This document shows, piece after piece, positions 28,156-46,019 of a DNA stretch of 64,000 nt. Within the stretch, counting starts at the first letter, position 1. Each line of letters starts with the position of its first letter. Both the position numbers and the translations under genes were made by a program. The notes beneath the pieces are model-generated. The model ran no database searches and was not told where the DNA came from. It was given only the letters and a program-made list of their open reading frames with translations. The stretch comes from Flaccisagitta enflata (lineage: Eukaryota), in assembly GCA_965153355.1 (NCBI GenBank), contig OZ231126.1, positions 4,216,001 through 4,280,000 of the forward strand, given 5' to 3'.

Positions 28156-30115
28156 TTATTTTCTCACGGTAAAAACCTTCTTCCAATATCTGATGAGAGT
28201 GACTCTAAAATTTTTCGATGTTGCGACATAAATCAGCAAATTGACGCTGGAATTTAAAATTCCCGTAAAATAGGTCCAAAACCGGAAACAGCTTTCTGTT
28301 GCTGTCAATCGATCGTCGACAATCAACGCGTTAACGAGGTCAATCACTACAAATACGTGACTACAGCAAAACAACAAACCCACAAACGCCACCAATTTCT
28401 TGAAATCATCGTCGGTTCTTGTTCTGGAACAACGATGTTGGAGGATGAGAAGCTGACGACTGCGCAGCTTCACCAAAACAAAGATGGCCGATGCCATCAC
28501 AATCAGGATTATCAAAATGGAACTGAAGATTCCGAATCTCGCGGAAGAAGTGAACCTAGCAGAAAGGATATTAAAAGTTCATGAGGTACCAAACTTTTCA
28601 GTACATTATGTAAAGGCCCATCTGACTGAAATCTTTAGACTGGAAATATCACGAAAATTCATGATGTATTGGCATATCAAAAACCAGCCTTAGTTGAAAC
28701 ATACAGCTTTTTTTAGCCTAATCATGCTTCAGTTTTTACCCTGCTAAAATGTATCTATATAGAACATAAGATTTCAACTTATACAGACGAATTTTTATTT
28801 GAATGTTTATCGCATCTTTATCTAAGTGCAATTTACTAAAGGGGCCCATAAATCTTGACCTTAATAAGCGAGTCACTGCTAAAACAGGCTTTTATAACCA
28901 AGGGTATTTCAACACTTCCTCATACTTCAAAGTCTACACGACAATCTACTGTATATTACGCCCCTCGAAGCGCCTTCAAAGTTAACCCACAACCTCCCCC
29001 ATTTAATCAATATGGAGATTTGTTGAAAAAATTATCATCTCAAAATGGGAACCATTGTTTGGAGCTTAATTCAATTTCTGTGATGATCAATGGTAGGAAA
29101 AAATCTAAGTCAAACCTTATTTCAGAAACACACATAATCAATTAATCATTGTACTTCCAGGAGTACATTTGCATGCACCTGTGTGCCTATTTGGCGCATA
29201 ATGATAGTAAATTGGTCAAAAAATTTGTAGGTTGGGATCATAGGATAAGTGACACCCTTCCTATAACTTCCTGAAATGCTTCAAACTTTTCCTAACGAAG
29301 GCTCCCATAGCCACAACGGTCTGAAATTTTGCCTGAAACATTTTTTTTCATCAAATCTCCGCGATGGTTACATGGGTGAGGTCGTTGGTTTACTTTGGGG
29401 GCGCTTTGAGGGACGTACGTAAAATTTGTTGAACAGCGCCCGTATATTCCCCGCTGAAAGTCCTGTACCTCGGGATCTCGAACAAAAACGGAATGAGCAA
29501 GTTTGCGGCCGCCAAACCCACTCCATAGACGGTGGTCACCAACAAGGAACAAACGACGAGTTCCACGATGACTCTTTGTTGGGTCTTTTTCTGACTATCC
29601 ATGGCATTTGAAATGGTTCTGAAAGACGCCGCTCGTTCTTAGGGTGTGTTTCCAGTGAAGACCAAAAACGCGTTTGTTCCCATTGAACGTGTTTTCAGCG
29701 TGAACACATATCCAAGAAATTCAACTGTCTCAGGAGGGAGTGAGCGAAGTGAGTGAGCAAGCCCATGAATGGAGCAAGCGAGCGAAGCGAGCGTAGCAAA
29801 GTGGAGCGCTGCAAAGCGAGTGAGCGGAGGGAGCGGTGCGAGCGACCGAGTGGCCCGTTCAAAACGCGATTGCCTGTGACTAGAAACGCCACCTTAAAGA
29901 CGCCGCTCGAACGCAGGAAATGTAAACCGTGATGGAACGATTCACGCCGAGCAGGAAGAGACTCGTCCAAAAGGTCGCTTCAAATCCGAGTTGACAAATT
30001 TCGGTTTTGATTGAGGAAGATTCTCCGCAAAAGTCACAATTCCAACTGAAGATGGCGAGAGTCGTGCAGCCAACGTCGATGATCATGTCCGCGAAGGCCA
30101 ATGCGGTCAGATGGA
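28156..30115 (-). CDS. Divergent class A-like 7TM GPCR 'GPCR2', TM2-TM7; exons ~30115-29893, 29618-29469, 28555-28156; TM1 exon not found
   Basis: The spliced product QIHLTALAFADMII...ISCVRAASLR|TISNAMDSQKK...EIPR|FTSSARFG...NSSVNLLIYVATSKNFR aligns to GPCR1 without gaps across both junctions. The upstream exon boundary is approximate. Confidence 0.8.
29642..29893. mobile_element. PIF/Harbinger-type MITE forming most of a GPCR2 intron
   Basis: GGGTGTGTTTCCAGTG...CTAGAAACGCCACC with TTA TSD (29639-41, 29894-96). Confidence 0.85.
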
Positions 30116-30462
30116 TCTGAGCGCGAGGGCACGGTTGGAAGGAGGTATGGATGGACCATGGGTAGATTGTGCCATGGATGTAGGAAGAGATGGATACATG
30201 GAGCATGGGTAGTTTGGGTATGTGTGGAAGGAGGGATGGAGGGGGGCGTGGGTAGATTTTACCATGGGTGGGTGGAGGGATGGATGGAGTATGGGTAGAT
30301 TGTGCCATAGGTGAAAGGAGAAATGATCGGATTGAGCATGGGAAGATCAGACACAGTTAAATTGGCATAGGATGGGTGAGCATTGAAGATTGGGTAAGAA
30401 TGGAAAGAGGCATGAGTTGATATAGTTTGGATGAATTGACAGTGTATGTGGCGAATAAGGCC

Positions 30463-31004
30463 TTTTTGGGCAGCGGCCCAAAGGGCCGATGTCCTGTAGA
30501 ACACGGGGGAATTTCGGGACGTGCGTCCGTCCATCCGTCCATCCGTCCATCCGTCCATCCTTCCGTCCCTCCTTCTGTCCCCCCCCTGTTGACCCTCAAG
30601 GCCTCAAATTAGCCCTCCCAGGACTCAATTTAGCCCTCCAGGCCTAAAATCAGCCCTCTTGGCTCAAATCAGCCCCCCTCCCATGCTTTAAATCTGCCTC
30701 CCAGACCTCAAATCTGCCCTCCAGACCTTCAATCAGCCCTCCAAGCTTAAAGCCAGCCCGCCAAACCTCAAATCTGCTCTCCAAGCCTTAATTATGCCCT
30801 CCAACCCTCAGATATGCCTTCAGTGGCATAAATCAGCCATCTAGAGCCCCCTCAGGACGGACGGACGTCTCGAAATTCCCCCCTGTGTTTAACAGGACAT
30901 CGGCTCTACGGGGCCGCTGCCCTGCTCTCACTCCACTTCTTCACTGGATCACTCAGCAGGGCATCGGGTACCGCTGACCATGTGCAATCCTTGGATGACT
31001 AGTT
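30463..31004 (-). mobile_element. HINE/DINE-1-like element (family of 4495-5025)
   Basis: Same subterminal inverted repeats and central tandem repeats, in reverse orientation. Confidence 0.7.
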
Positions 31005-31340
31005 AAAAGTATTTGTGGGTAAGGTATAGATGCATTGGCCAGAGAAGGACAGGCTATGGAGCTCACCGGAACACCTTATCTATAAATGAAACTGACTGTA
31101 AAGTGATCCTTTAAATGAGTTATACCTACCAGTAAAGGTGACTCTCGCCGACCAGAAAAAATCGTAAGATAGTCATGTTTTTTCAGTTCCTTCTCTCTCC
31201 TCGTTATATTCACGCGCCTGTGTGTGTGTGTGTATGTGTGTTTGTGTGTTTGTGTTCGTGTGTGTGTGCGTGTGTGTGTGCGTGTGTGTGTGTGTGTGTG
31301 AGTCTGTCTGTCTGTATGTCTGGCTGTCTGTCTGTCTTTC

Positions 31341-31388
<48 letters not shown>

Positions 31389-31390
<2 letters not shown>

Positions 31391-33376
31391 GCAATGAAAA
31401 TGTGGGAGATCAAGCTGGTATTGAATCACGACAACGGCTCACTTGAGGTCCCAAACATAAGAATTAAACGTGGTATCTTCCAAGGTGATACTTTATCCCC
31501 CCTCCTCTTTATACTTGCTCTAAACCCTCTCAGCTTCCTGTTAAATGAAGGTGGGTGTGGATACAAGATAGACGGAATATGTTTTAACCACGTTTTATAC
31601 ATGGATGATATCAAGACGTTTTCCAGCAATACCAAGGACGGAGTTAAACTGATCAAAATAATGTTTGACTTCTCTAAAGATATTGGCATGTCGTTTGGAA
31701 TCGAAAAATGCAAAGTCCTTAACGTGGTAAGAGGGAAATATGCAAAGCTAGGAGGTGTACAGCTCCCAAACGGGGATTTTATTGAAGAAATGGACGAGGG
31801 GGATGTATACAAATACCTTGGGGTTGTTGAATCGACAATGATCAAGCATGCAGAAATGAAACAGAAAATCCTTACAACATTCAAAAAGCGAGTAAAAAGT
31901 ATTCTCAAATCAGAACTAAACTCTAGAAATATTATGATAGCTATCGGGGAGTATGCTGTACCGGTTATGTCGTACACATATGGAATAATTAACTGGACGG
32001 AGGAAGAAATAAAGAATGCAGACCTACTAGTAAGAAAAAACTTAAATATGTATAAAATGTTTGAGCTTAAAAGCGACATAGACCGACTATACATCCCTCG
32101 ATCGATGGGCGGAAGAGGTTTACAATCAATATGGGATGGCTTCAAATGTGCCAATGTCAGAATAGCACACTACATGACTGGAAGTGTTGACCATCACATG
32201 AAGGTATGTGCCAATTTTGACAGGCAGTGCCTTTTCTCTATCATAAAACGTGCTGAAAAATTCTCCACCTTACACAATCCACCCACTCCCGAAAACATTG
32301 AGAGTAGACCATTGCTCAGACAGGCCAAGATTGTAGCACAGAGGTTGCGAGAAACAATCTACAAAGACAGATATGAACTGTTCCTTGCAAAACCCCAGCA
32401 TGGTGCCCTTATGCGAATAATGAAAGAAAACGACACTGATATAAAAACAAGTTGCTCATGGATGGACAAATGTCACCTCTCGCCCCAATCTGAAGCATAT
32501 ATATGTGGCATGCAGGAAATGGCCATTTTTACCAGATGGCATGAACACCATATCATTAGAAATAGAGACTCCGACTTATGTAGAATATGCAAAAAAGAAC
32601 CCGAAACAACCTTCCACATACTTTCCGGCTGTGATGTTCTAGCAAAAAAAGAATACTTTGATAGACACAATAGTGTTGCTAAATACATTCACTACCAAAT
32701 ATGTAAAAGATATGGAATCCAAACTGAGCCAAAATGGCACTTACACAGACCAGCAGAGGTGTACATAGATGGGAAAGTTGAACTCCTGTGGGACATCCCC
32801 ATCACCACTGCAAGGATGATTGGTGCAAATAGGCCAGATATTGTCGTAAGAGACAAAAGTAACAAGGTAACATACATAATCGATATCAGCTGCCCCTGTG
32901 ACACAAATGTACATAGCAAGGAGGTGGAAAAAATCTCCAAATATTGTAGTCTGCGAGTCGAACTAGCGAAGATGTGGAATACTGAATGTGTTGTTATACC
33001 TGTAATTGTGGGTGGATGCGGTACTGTTTCAAAAGAATTTACAAATTACCTTGGGATGATCCCGGCTGAATTGCAACCTGAAATGTGCCTGAAGATTGCC
33101 TTACTAGGGAGCGAAAAAACCATGCGCTCTTCTTTATCGAGAAAATGATAGCAATCTCCCTGTATGGACTGGTGTTGCCATTACGGCCCAATTCGTTTGT
33201 TCAAAGTTGGCCTTTGTTGGATTACATATGTAGTGGACTACTTGAATCAAAACCTCATCATCAACCAAAACAAAACAAACGAAGAAATTCTGAATTGCCT
33301 TTAGGATTAGGTCAGTCCTCGGCTATCAGTCTTATGTTTCCAAGACAGTTCGATCTTATGCAAGTACATGTATAAA
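31389..33376 (+). mobile_element. 5'-truncated RLE-type non-LTR retrotransposon (R4/Dong-like) in a (TC)n tract
   Basis: (TC)n on both flanks; open RT-RLE ORF followed by ~230 bp of 3' UTR ending TATAAA. Confidence 0.9.
31394..33148 (+). CDS. Partial retrotransposon ORF: RT, CCHC zinc knuckle, restriction-like endonuclease
   Basis: GIFQGDTLSP, LYMDD, YKYLG, YIPRSMGGRGL, CRIC..ETTFHILSGC, RHN, RPDIV..IDISCP..EK..KY; no internal stops. N-terminal RT domains are missing. Confidence 0.92.
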   Translation: MKMWEIKLVLNHDNGSLEVPNIRIKRGIFQGDTLSPLLFILALNPLSFLLNEGGCGYKIDGICFNHVLYMDDIKTFSSNTKDGVKLIKIMFDFSKDIGMSFGIEKCKVLNVVRGKYAKLGGVQLPNGDFIEEMDEGDVYKYLGVVESTMIKHAEMKQKILTTFKKRVKSILKSELNSRNIMIAIGEYAVPVMSYTYGIINWTEEEIKNADLLVRKNLNMYKMFELKSDIDRLYIPRSMGGRGLQSIWDGFKCANVRIAHYMTGSVDHHMKVCANFDRQCLFSIIKRAEKFSTLHNPPTPENIESRPLLRQAKIVAQRLRETIYKDRYELFLAKPQHGALMRIMKENDTDIKTSCSWMDKCHLSPQSEAYICGMQEMAIFTRWHEHHIIRNRDSDLCRICKKEPETTFHILSGCDVLAKKEYFDRHNSVAKYIHYQICKRYGIQTEPKWHLHRPAEVYIDGKVELLWDIPITTARMIGANRPDIVVRDKSNKVTYIIDISCPCDTNVHSKEVEKISKYCSLRVELAKMWNTECVVIPVIVGGCGTVSKEFTNYLGMIPAELQPEMCLKIALLGSEKTMRSSLSRK

Positions 33377-33391
33377 TCTCTCTCTCTCTGT

Positions 33392-33422
<31 letters not shown>

Positions 33423-33432
33423 ACATATACAA

Positions 33433-33529
<97 letters not shown>

Positions 33530-33556
33530 TTTCCCATTTAGTTACTTTTCTTCCAG

Positions 33557-35203
33557 GACCCTCCCCGCGAAACCGCGATTGAAGATACTTCGGCGACTCG
33601 GGCTTTGATCCTTTTGGGTATTTTGCTGCCTTCCAACGCCGAATTGGCCGAAACCGTCGCCGACGATCATTTCCTTTCGGCGCTTCTCGATTACCTTAGA
33701 TACGGTCCACCCAATCAGGTGCGTTGAGCGATGATTTTGATTTTATTTATGTGTACGTGTTTTCGTTGCGGACGGGTGGGTAGGGGCGTCCAACCTCCAT
33801 CCACACCTCTATCCCCACACTCCCACTTACAAACATACACAACAAGTCATCCAAGGATTGCACATGGTCAAGGATCGCACATGGTCAGCGGTACTCGATG
33901 CCCTGTTTGGAGTGATCAGCTGAAGAAGTGGAATGAGAGCAGGGCAGCGGCCCCAAAGGGCCGATGTCCTGGACACAGGGGTGAATTTCCTTACGCCCTG
34001 AGAAAGCATACTTCAGGCCTTTGGAGCATTTTTCCATGATATTCAATCAGAGTTATATAATTTTTACAATTTCTTGTTAATTTTCCATATTATTCCATGA
34101 GAATTTCAGTTTTTTGTCCATTTTCCATGTAATCCAATTGCAATTTTGCAATTTTTTCATTTTTTGTTAATTTTCCATGTTATTGGATGGGATATATGCA
34201 TTTCTCTACTTTTTGTAATCTTTCCATGTTATTCAATGGGAAGTTTGTATTTTGTCATTTACCCATGTTATTCAATGGGAATTTTTCATTTTGTTCTTAG
34301 TTTTCATCATTATTCAATGGGAAGTTTGGCATTTTGTCATTTTCCATGTTATTCAATTTGAGAATTTGAGAATCGAGCCTGGGGATGTAATGGCCAGACG
34401 GATTGACGACGACGGACGGACGTAAGGTAATTCACCCTCAAATTTACAGGACATTTGGCCTGGGGCCGCTGCCCAAATAGTATCCAAAACGCTTGTTCAT
34501 TACCATTGAACCAATGGACCGACGGACCAATGGACCGACGGACGGACGGACAAAGCCTCTTATAGAGTTGCGTGTCCGCAACTAAAAATAATGGCACTCC
34601 TCAGGTCAAGTCCGGTTCGAAAGTGGTTGCTGCGGTATTGAAGCAGTCTTCGCGCTCGAGGACGGCGTTGGTCGACAGCAAGAAAGGACTGTCAACGTTA
34701 GTTTTGCTGCTTAAAGACGCCGACGAGATGATCGTCGGAAACGCCGCTTTAGGGCTCAGCCTTTGCTCTGAGGTAAACGACGACATCATCTTGTGTGGGC
34801 CAAAACGAGAGATATAGGCTTTTAGCAAACATATCTGATGAGGAACTTTTTAAGAATGACTACTGTACTTCAGGCATGTTTACCAAATCGGCCAAGTCAA
34901 AGATATGATATTATTTGTTATTCAATGAATAAAAACAAATCATGATTATTCAAAACTTATTTTCTCTCGTTTACCTCATTTCCTCGATCCAAGGTTCCCA
35001 AAGTCGTCGAGAAGTTAACAAAGACGCAGATCATCAAACATCTGCTGACGTTGGCGCGCGACGCCAACAAACCGGAAGTGAGAGAGAACTGCGCCATTCT
35101 TCTGGCGAAATTGGCGCAAAAAGACTCGAGACATTTGGAAAGACTCAGAGAATTACATGGAATCGAAATTTTACATTCTTGCATGAAGTTTATCAAACAT
35201 TGA
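33557..35203 (+). CDS. TTC12: TTC12-like protein, C-terminal ARM region; exons 33557-33718, 34605-34772, 34994-35203; upstream exons not found
   Basis: DEMIVGNAALGLSLCSE|VPKVVEKLTKT..LLTLA..NCAILLAKL..RLRELHGIEILHSCMKFI* matches the TTC12 C-terminus as I recall it; phase-0 GT-AG joins. Confidence 0.8.
33841..34476 (+). mobile_element. HINE/DINE-1-like element in a TTC12 intron
   Basis: Same 5' motif CATGGTCAGCGGTAC and subterminal inverted repeats; internal TTTTCCATGTTATTC repeats. Confidence 0.65.
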
Positions 35204-35633
35204 TCTGGATTATTTATCGCGAACATAATTTATCATGTGTAGTTGTTCATAATTCTATCACACAAGAAAACAATTTTTTTTATGCAATCGTAGCACTATC
35301 TATTTGCTAACCATGATATACCCCAAATGTGTAATAATCGTTTGCAGTCAATACTTCCGTCCAATAAGGGTGCTAATTCGCCCGAACCAGTAAGTGTGAC
35401 TACTTCCAAGAAAAAATGCTCTTTCTCATACGACTTTTCATGAGTGAAGAACCATGACGAAATTCAAGCCAGCGGTCAATCGCTCAAAACCCAATCAATG
35501 ATTTATCGACTTAAACTTAACGGCGACTAAATCTTTATCGCAGCAAGCCGAAGAGAACTGATCGATGTTTTGGCCGGGCCAATACAAAACAGAACTTGAT
35601 AAATTTCGGTTGACATAAAAATCGCACAAGGAA

Positions 35634-41326
<5,693 letters not shown>

Positions 41327-42825
41327 GTTGGAAGAAGCGAGGGTGGTAAATCAGAGCGTGCGTGACTGTGATTGGAGCGCAAGGACCAAACTTGATTTTC
41401 ATCAATAACAGACAACAGAAAAAGAAAAAGTACCCAGGGGTGCAACGTTGCGTCTACCATTCTGCTGAGTGCTGATACATCATACAATGTTGCATCATCA
41501 ATTCAGCGTTTTCATCGCTTGCATTTTACAAATTAGGCAGATGGAAGGACAGATTGACGGACCGACGGACAGAAGCCTCTCCTCTCATAGAAGAATGCAA
41601 GAGGGAGAGAAAACAAATCAAAACCAAAATAACAACGGCGTAAACGAGGTCTTTACGATTGCGGTGCCAGTGCCTGATTTAGCATTGCTTGAATTGAGCA
41701 GATTGCAGCGAATGTCATTTTTCATGTGAAGCAAATCTTAAAGACGAGGTTATCTCCTAGACGCTTATTCACGAGTAAGATATATTCAATGGCTCTAAAA
41801 TTCTACCTCTACTCTTCAATTCTCCCTGCAATCAAAAGCAACTGTTATCAGTAAAGCCTTAATGGTGCCTGAAGTATTCATTTTGAGAGATTCGGACTGG
41901 TTCCGTCTGAAAGCACATAACCTACCATTTGTTCATGCAAAATTTCAAAGCACTGGCTTTAGCGTTTTAGCTTCCAACTTTTAAATGAATATGTTTTCTT
42001 GAATTTCTGCCCAAATGCTTTTGAAGCAATACATCACTTTATCCTGAAGAAATTTGAATGAGAAGTTTCAGCTGACCAGTGGATTTTTTGACTAGAAAAA
42101 TAGGTAGTGAGGAAAATGAAACAACTAAGATCACACATTGAAAAGCAACACTGCTTGAGTGATTTAACTGAAGAGGTGAGTGATAGGCAAGTGTCTGGTA
42201 CTGAGGAACCCCAGATTACAGGGTGAATTTCTTTTCATCCTGAGACAGTATAATTCAGGCCTTAAAGGTAATTTCTTCTTATGATATTCATTAGAGCTAG
42301 TATTTTCTACAATTTATTGTCAATTTTCTATGTTATTCAATGGGAATTTCATTTTTTTTGTCAATTTTCCATGTTATCCAATTGCTATTTTGCTTTTTTT
42401 TTTTTTTTTTTTTGTTAATTTTCCATGTTATTCGATGGAAAATGTGCATTTTTCTATTGTTTGTAAATTTTCCATGTTATTCAAACGACATCTGTTGTCA
42501 TTTCATGTATTCAATGGGATGTTTGCATTTTGTCTATTTCATGTTATTCAATGGTAATTTGAGAAACTGAGAAGGTTCAGGGGGACGCACGTGACGCATT
42601 TGCCAGACGACGAGTCGTATGGAAATTTCCCTCTGGGTTCTACAGGACATCGGCCCTTTTCAAATGCTGCCCAAAAAGGACGAAAAAAAAAAAAAGATCA
42701 GTAGGATTTGAAGGGCTTGAAGGGCTTCTTTTGATGTAGAAACTCATTGTTTTTAGGAAATTAAAGCTAAGATGCAGAAAACTGGTAGTGTTATACAATA
42801 TTTAAACGATTACAGAGGAAGGAGA

Positions 42826-43192
42826 AATATAAGATGTGAACCCCCCTAAAACTATAGCACCCTTCATCACGGAACAAACAACAGTGATAAATAATGAATT
42901 GGATATTGCTAATTAAAGTTTGTTACTGTGCAAGTGGCGCCACCAGAGCGATTTTGGTACTCTTTCCAGTCTCAATTATAACAGCAAATCTTGATTTGCA
43001 ATTTAATAATAGTTAATTTTAGTGCTTTATTAAGCTATATCCTGACTTAAAAAGCAAAATTAAAAAATTGCTCTGGTGACGCCACTTGCATTGATATAAA
43101 CATTCTACCTTTACTTTTAAAGTGTCTTTAATTTAATTGGTTAGAGCTGTAGGTGGGGGTGCTACAGCCTTTAGTGTGTTCACATCTTATAT
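42826..43192. mobile_element. Degenerate MITE (foldback)
   Basis: AATATAAGATGTGAAC...GTTCACATCTTATATT plus an inner inverted pair TGCAAGTGGCG/CGCCACTTGCA. Confidence 0.6.
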
Positions 43193-44950
43193 TAACCTTT
43201 CTGCACTCAAAAACTTTTTTTTTCTAATAATTATAGCAAAAAATTATATCAATCGCGGACGAAATTATATGACATAACAATTATGTAAAAGTCATTGTAT
43301 ATCGAAATTATATTTCATCCCACCCATTTTGCCGGTAATCCGTGGAATATTTTAATTATATCATATTGAAGGTAGACGAAATAATTCTGGATTCATTAAT
43401 ATATTTTTTATATCACTTTTACTTCGAGATTTTTCATAAAGTGCCATAACACTAAGTCTCACCAAAAATCAAAGTGTTTTGGCAATATAATAAGTATATG
43501 GTCCGAAAGAGTTGCGCAAAATGCTCATTTTTTCCCGCGTTAGAGTCATCTGAAGTATTATAATTAGATTGTGGAAAAACTTTAGTAAAAATGCAAGCCA
43601 TTTTTTACGACAGAGTTTTCTAAACTATAACGATTATAACGTACAGCCACTTTAACAAAATAGACAGTCATGTAATTGTTCTTTTTTCGTACAAAAAACA
43701 CAACGCCGAAATATTACATCTATCGACCATTTCATTTTTCCGAGAACACCCAGAAGGTTGCTCTTTTGTTCAATGACGGAAATTCCTCTCGCCGCAGATT
43801 AGGCAACAGCGGCAGCGCAGCACGCCCAGCGTAATGCTGCGGACCGCAGCAAAAAATCGACGATTGCGTAAAAATTTTTACAATTATTTGTTCGCGCCTG
43901 TTGGGGATGCTGCCCGTTTTTTGTAGTGGACTAATTCTTTTTTTCCCCCCTTTTCCAGATTCGTAAACGTTTTTCGAGCGGCAGCGCAGCACGCCCAGCG
44001 TACTGCAGCAAAAATTCGACGATTGTGTAAAATTTGTTCACGCCTGGTGGGGATGCTGCGCACCCTTCACCAAGCTATCTTTGGACGGACTCGGCTTTCG
44101 TGCCCCAAAATCGTTGGAGAAGCGCAAACGCGAAGATGCTGGACGGTCGACGCCGAGAATGACGGAGGAGAATGAATTTATATGACTGAACGGGAAATGA
44201 ATGAAGGACGAGGAGAATGAATGAAGGGGGTGATGAATGAATGGCGGAGGAGATGAATAACTCATGAATGACTCATCCTATATGAAGGGCCTTACGAGCT
44301 GACTGATGAATGGCCTAGTGAATGGCCTCGTGAATAGCTTCGTGAATGGCCTCGTGAATAGCTTCGTGAATGGCCTCGTGAACGGACTTATGAATGGTCT
44401 TTTGAATGACCTCGCCGGAGATGAATATTGGAGGAGCTCATGAATTATCATCTAGATATCATTGTTATTTGTCATTTTCGTGCTCATTTTCATATCCATT
44501 TTCATGCTCATTTTCATGCCCATTTTTGTACTCATTTTTTCGCTCATTTTGATAAGGTTTTGAGGGAGTATCAGCATTTTTGTCTTGTTGGCTTTCTTTA
44601 CATCTGTTACTGATTTACCCCTACTTATCAAGTGCCGAATCGCGCGCGCGTAACATCCATATCGTGACTGTTTTGCGGCTTGCTAGAGACCCGGATTTCT
44701 CGCATTTTACACCGATATTCGAACGACGAACGGCCCGGCTGGACAGCCTATAGAGATCCGCGTTTATCATCAAACGGCGCGGCCGGCGAGCGGACATTTT
44801 CACACCTCCGCCGCCGCCGCCACCGGAGAAGCTTCCGTACGAATTCCGAAGGCGAGCGGAGCATCATACTGTGTTCCAAAAAACACTGTTGTCAAGCAAC
44901 AATGGCCCCAAAATATCGAGTGTAAAGGAACCTCTGACTTGGCCTCATTG

Positions 44951-45942
44951 CACTTTGTTCTGAGAGTGACTCAAAATTGGACAAAATTTATCTGATGGAT
45001 TTATTATGTTATAATACTGTAAATTTATATATTATTTCTAAAAAATATTATTTATTTCCTTTTTAGTCATTTTTGTCATTTTTTTGTCATTTTTTGTCAT
45101 TTTGTCATTTTTGTCATTTTTGTCATTTTACATTTTATTATTTTTTTTATTATTTTTTTTATTCATTATTTTATTATTTTATTAATTTTTATTAATTTTT
45201 GTCAATTTTATTAATTTCACATTATTAATTCATTATTTTTGTAATTTTATTACTTTTGTCATTTTTTATTATTTTATTACTTATTATCATTATTTTGTCA
45301 ATTTCATTAATTTTGTCAATTTCACAATTTTATCAATTTTCATTAATTTGTCAATTTGGCTATTTTTTTCCATTTTTTGTCATTTTTGTCATTTCTTGTC
45401 ATTTTTTGTCATTTTTGTCATTTTTGTCATTTTTCTTCACATTTTCGCTTATTTTCTGGCCATTTTATTATTTTTTATTATTCATTATTTTATCATTTTG
45501 TTGTTTTTGTCATTTTTTGTCATTTATTTTCATTTTTTGGCTATTTTTTACATTATTATTTTATTGTCTTAATACTATTATTTTGTCATTTTTTATCATT
45601 TTTGGTCATTTTTTGATGCATTTTTTTAATTAATATTTTTGCCTTTGTGTTTTTTTGTGATTTTTTGTGATTTGGGTCATTTTAGTAACTTTGGTCATCT
45701 AAGTCATTTTGGTCATTTTAGTTAATTTAATCATTTTAATCATTTTAGTCATTTTAATCATATCAGGTATCTTAGTCATTTTGGTTATTCTTGTGATTTT
45801 CTATTAAAAAAAAATAACAAAAAAGGCAAAAAATAAAAAAAATATTATTTTTTATATATAATATGTAATTTTACAACATTAAAACATAATAAATCTATCA
45901 GATGATTTTTGTCCAATTTTGAGTCGCTCTCAGAACATAGTG
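44951..45942. mobile_element. Non-autonomous Transib-like element
   Basis: CACTTTG...CATAGTG termini, ~90-bp imperfect TIR, 5-bp TSD CATTG (44946-50, 45943-47), TTTTGTCA-rich interior. Confidence 0.8.
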
Positions 45943-46019
45943 CATTGTGAGAAGCCGCCAGAGGCAAACACTATCGGCGACAACAACATATAACTTCGGT
46001 TGTACAACACCCACGATCG

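Noticed and set aside
31175-31388. N-terminal extension of the 657-aa ORF
   Set aside because: It is translated (TG)n/(TC)n microsatellite upstream of the 5' truncation point.
34601-35226. Minus-strand ORFs over TTC12 (likewise over the RT and DYNC2LI1)
   Set aside because: Antisense shadows of real coding exons.
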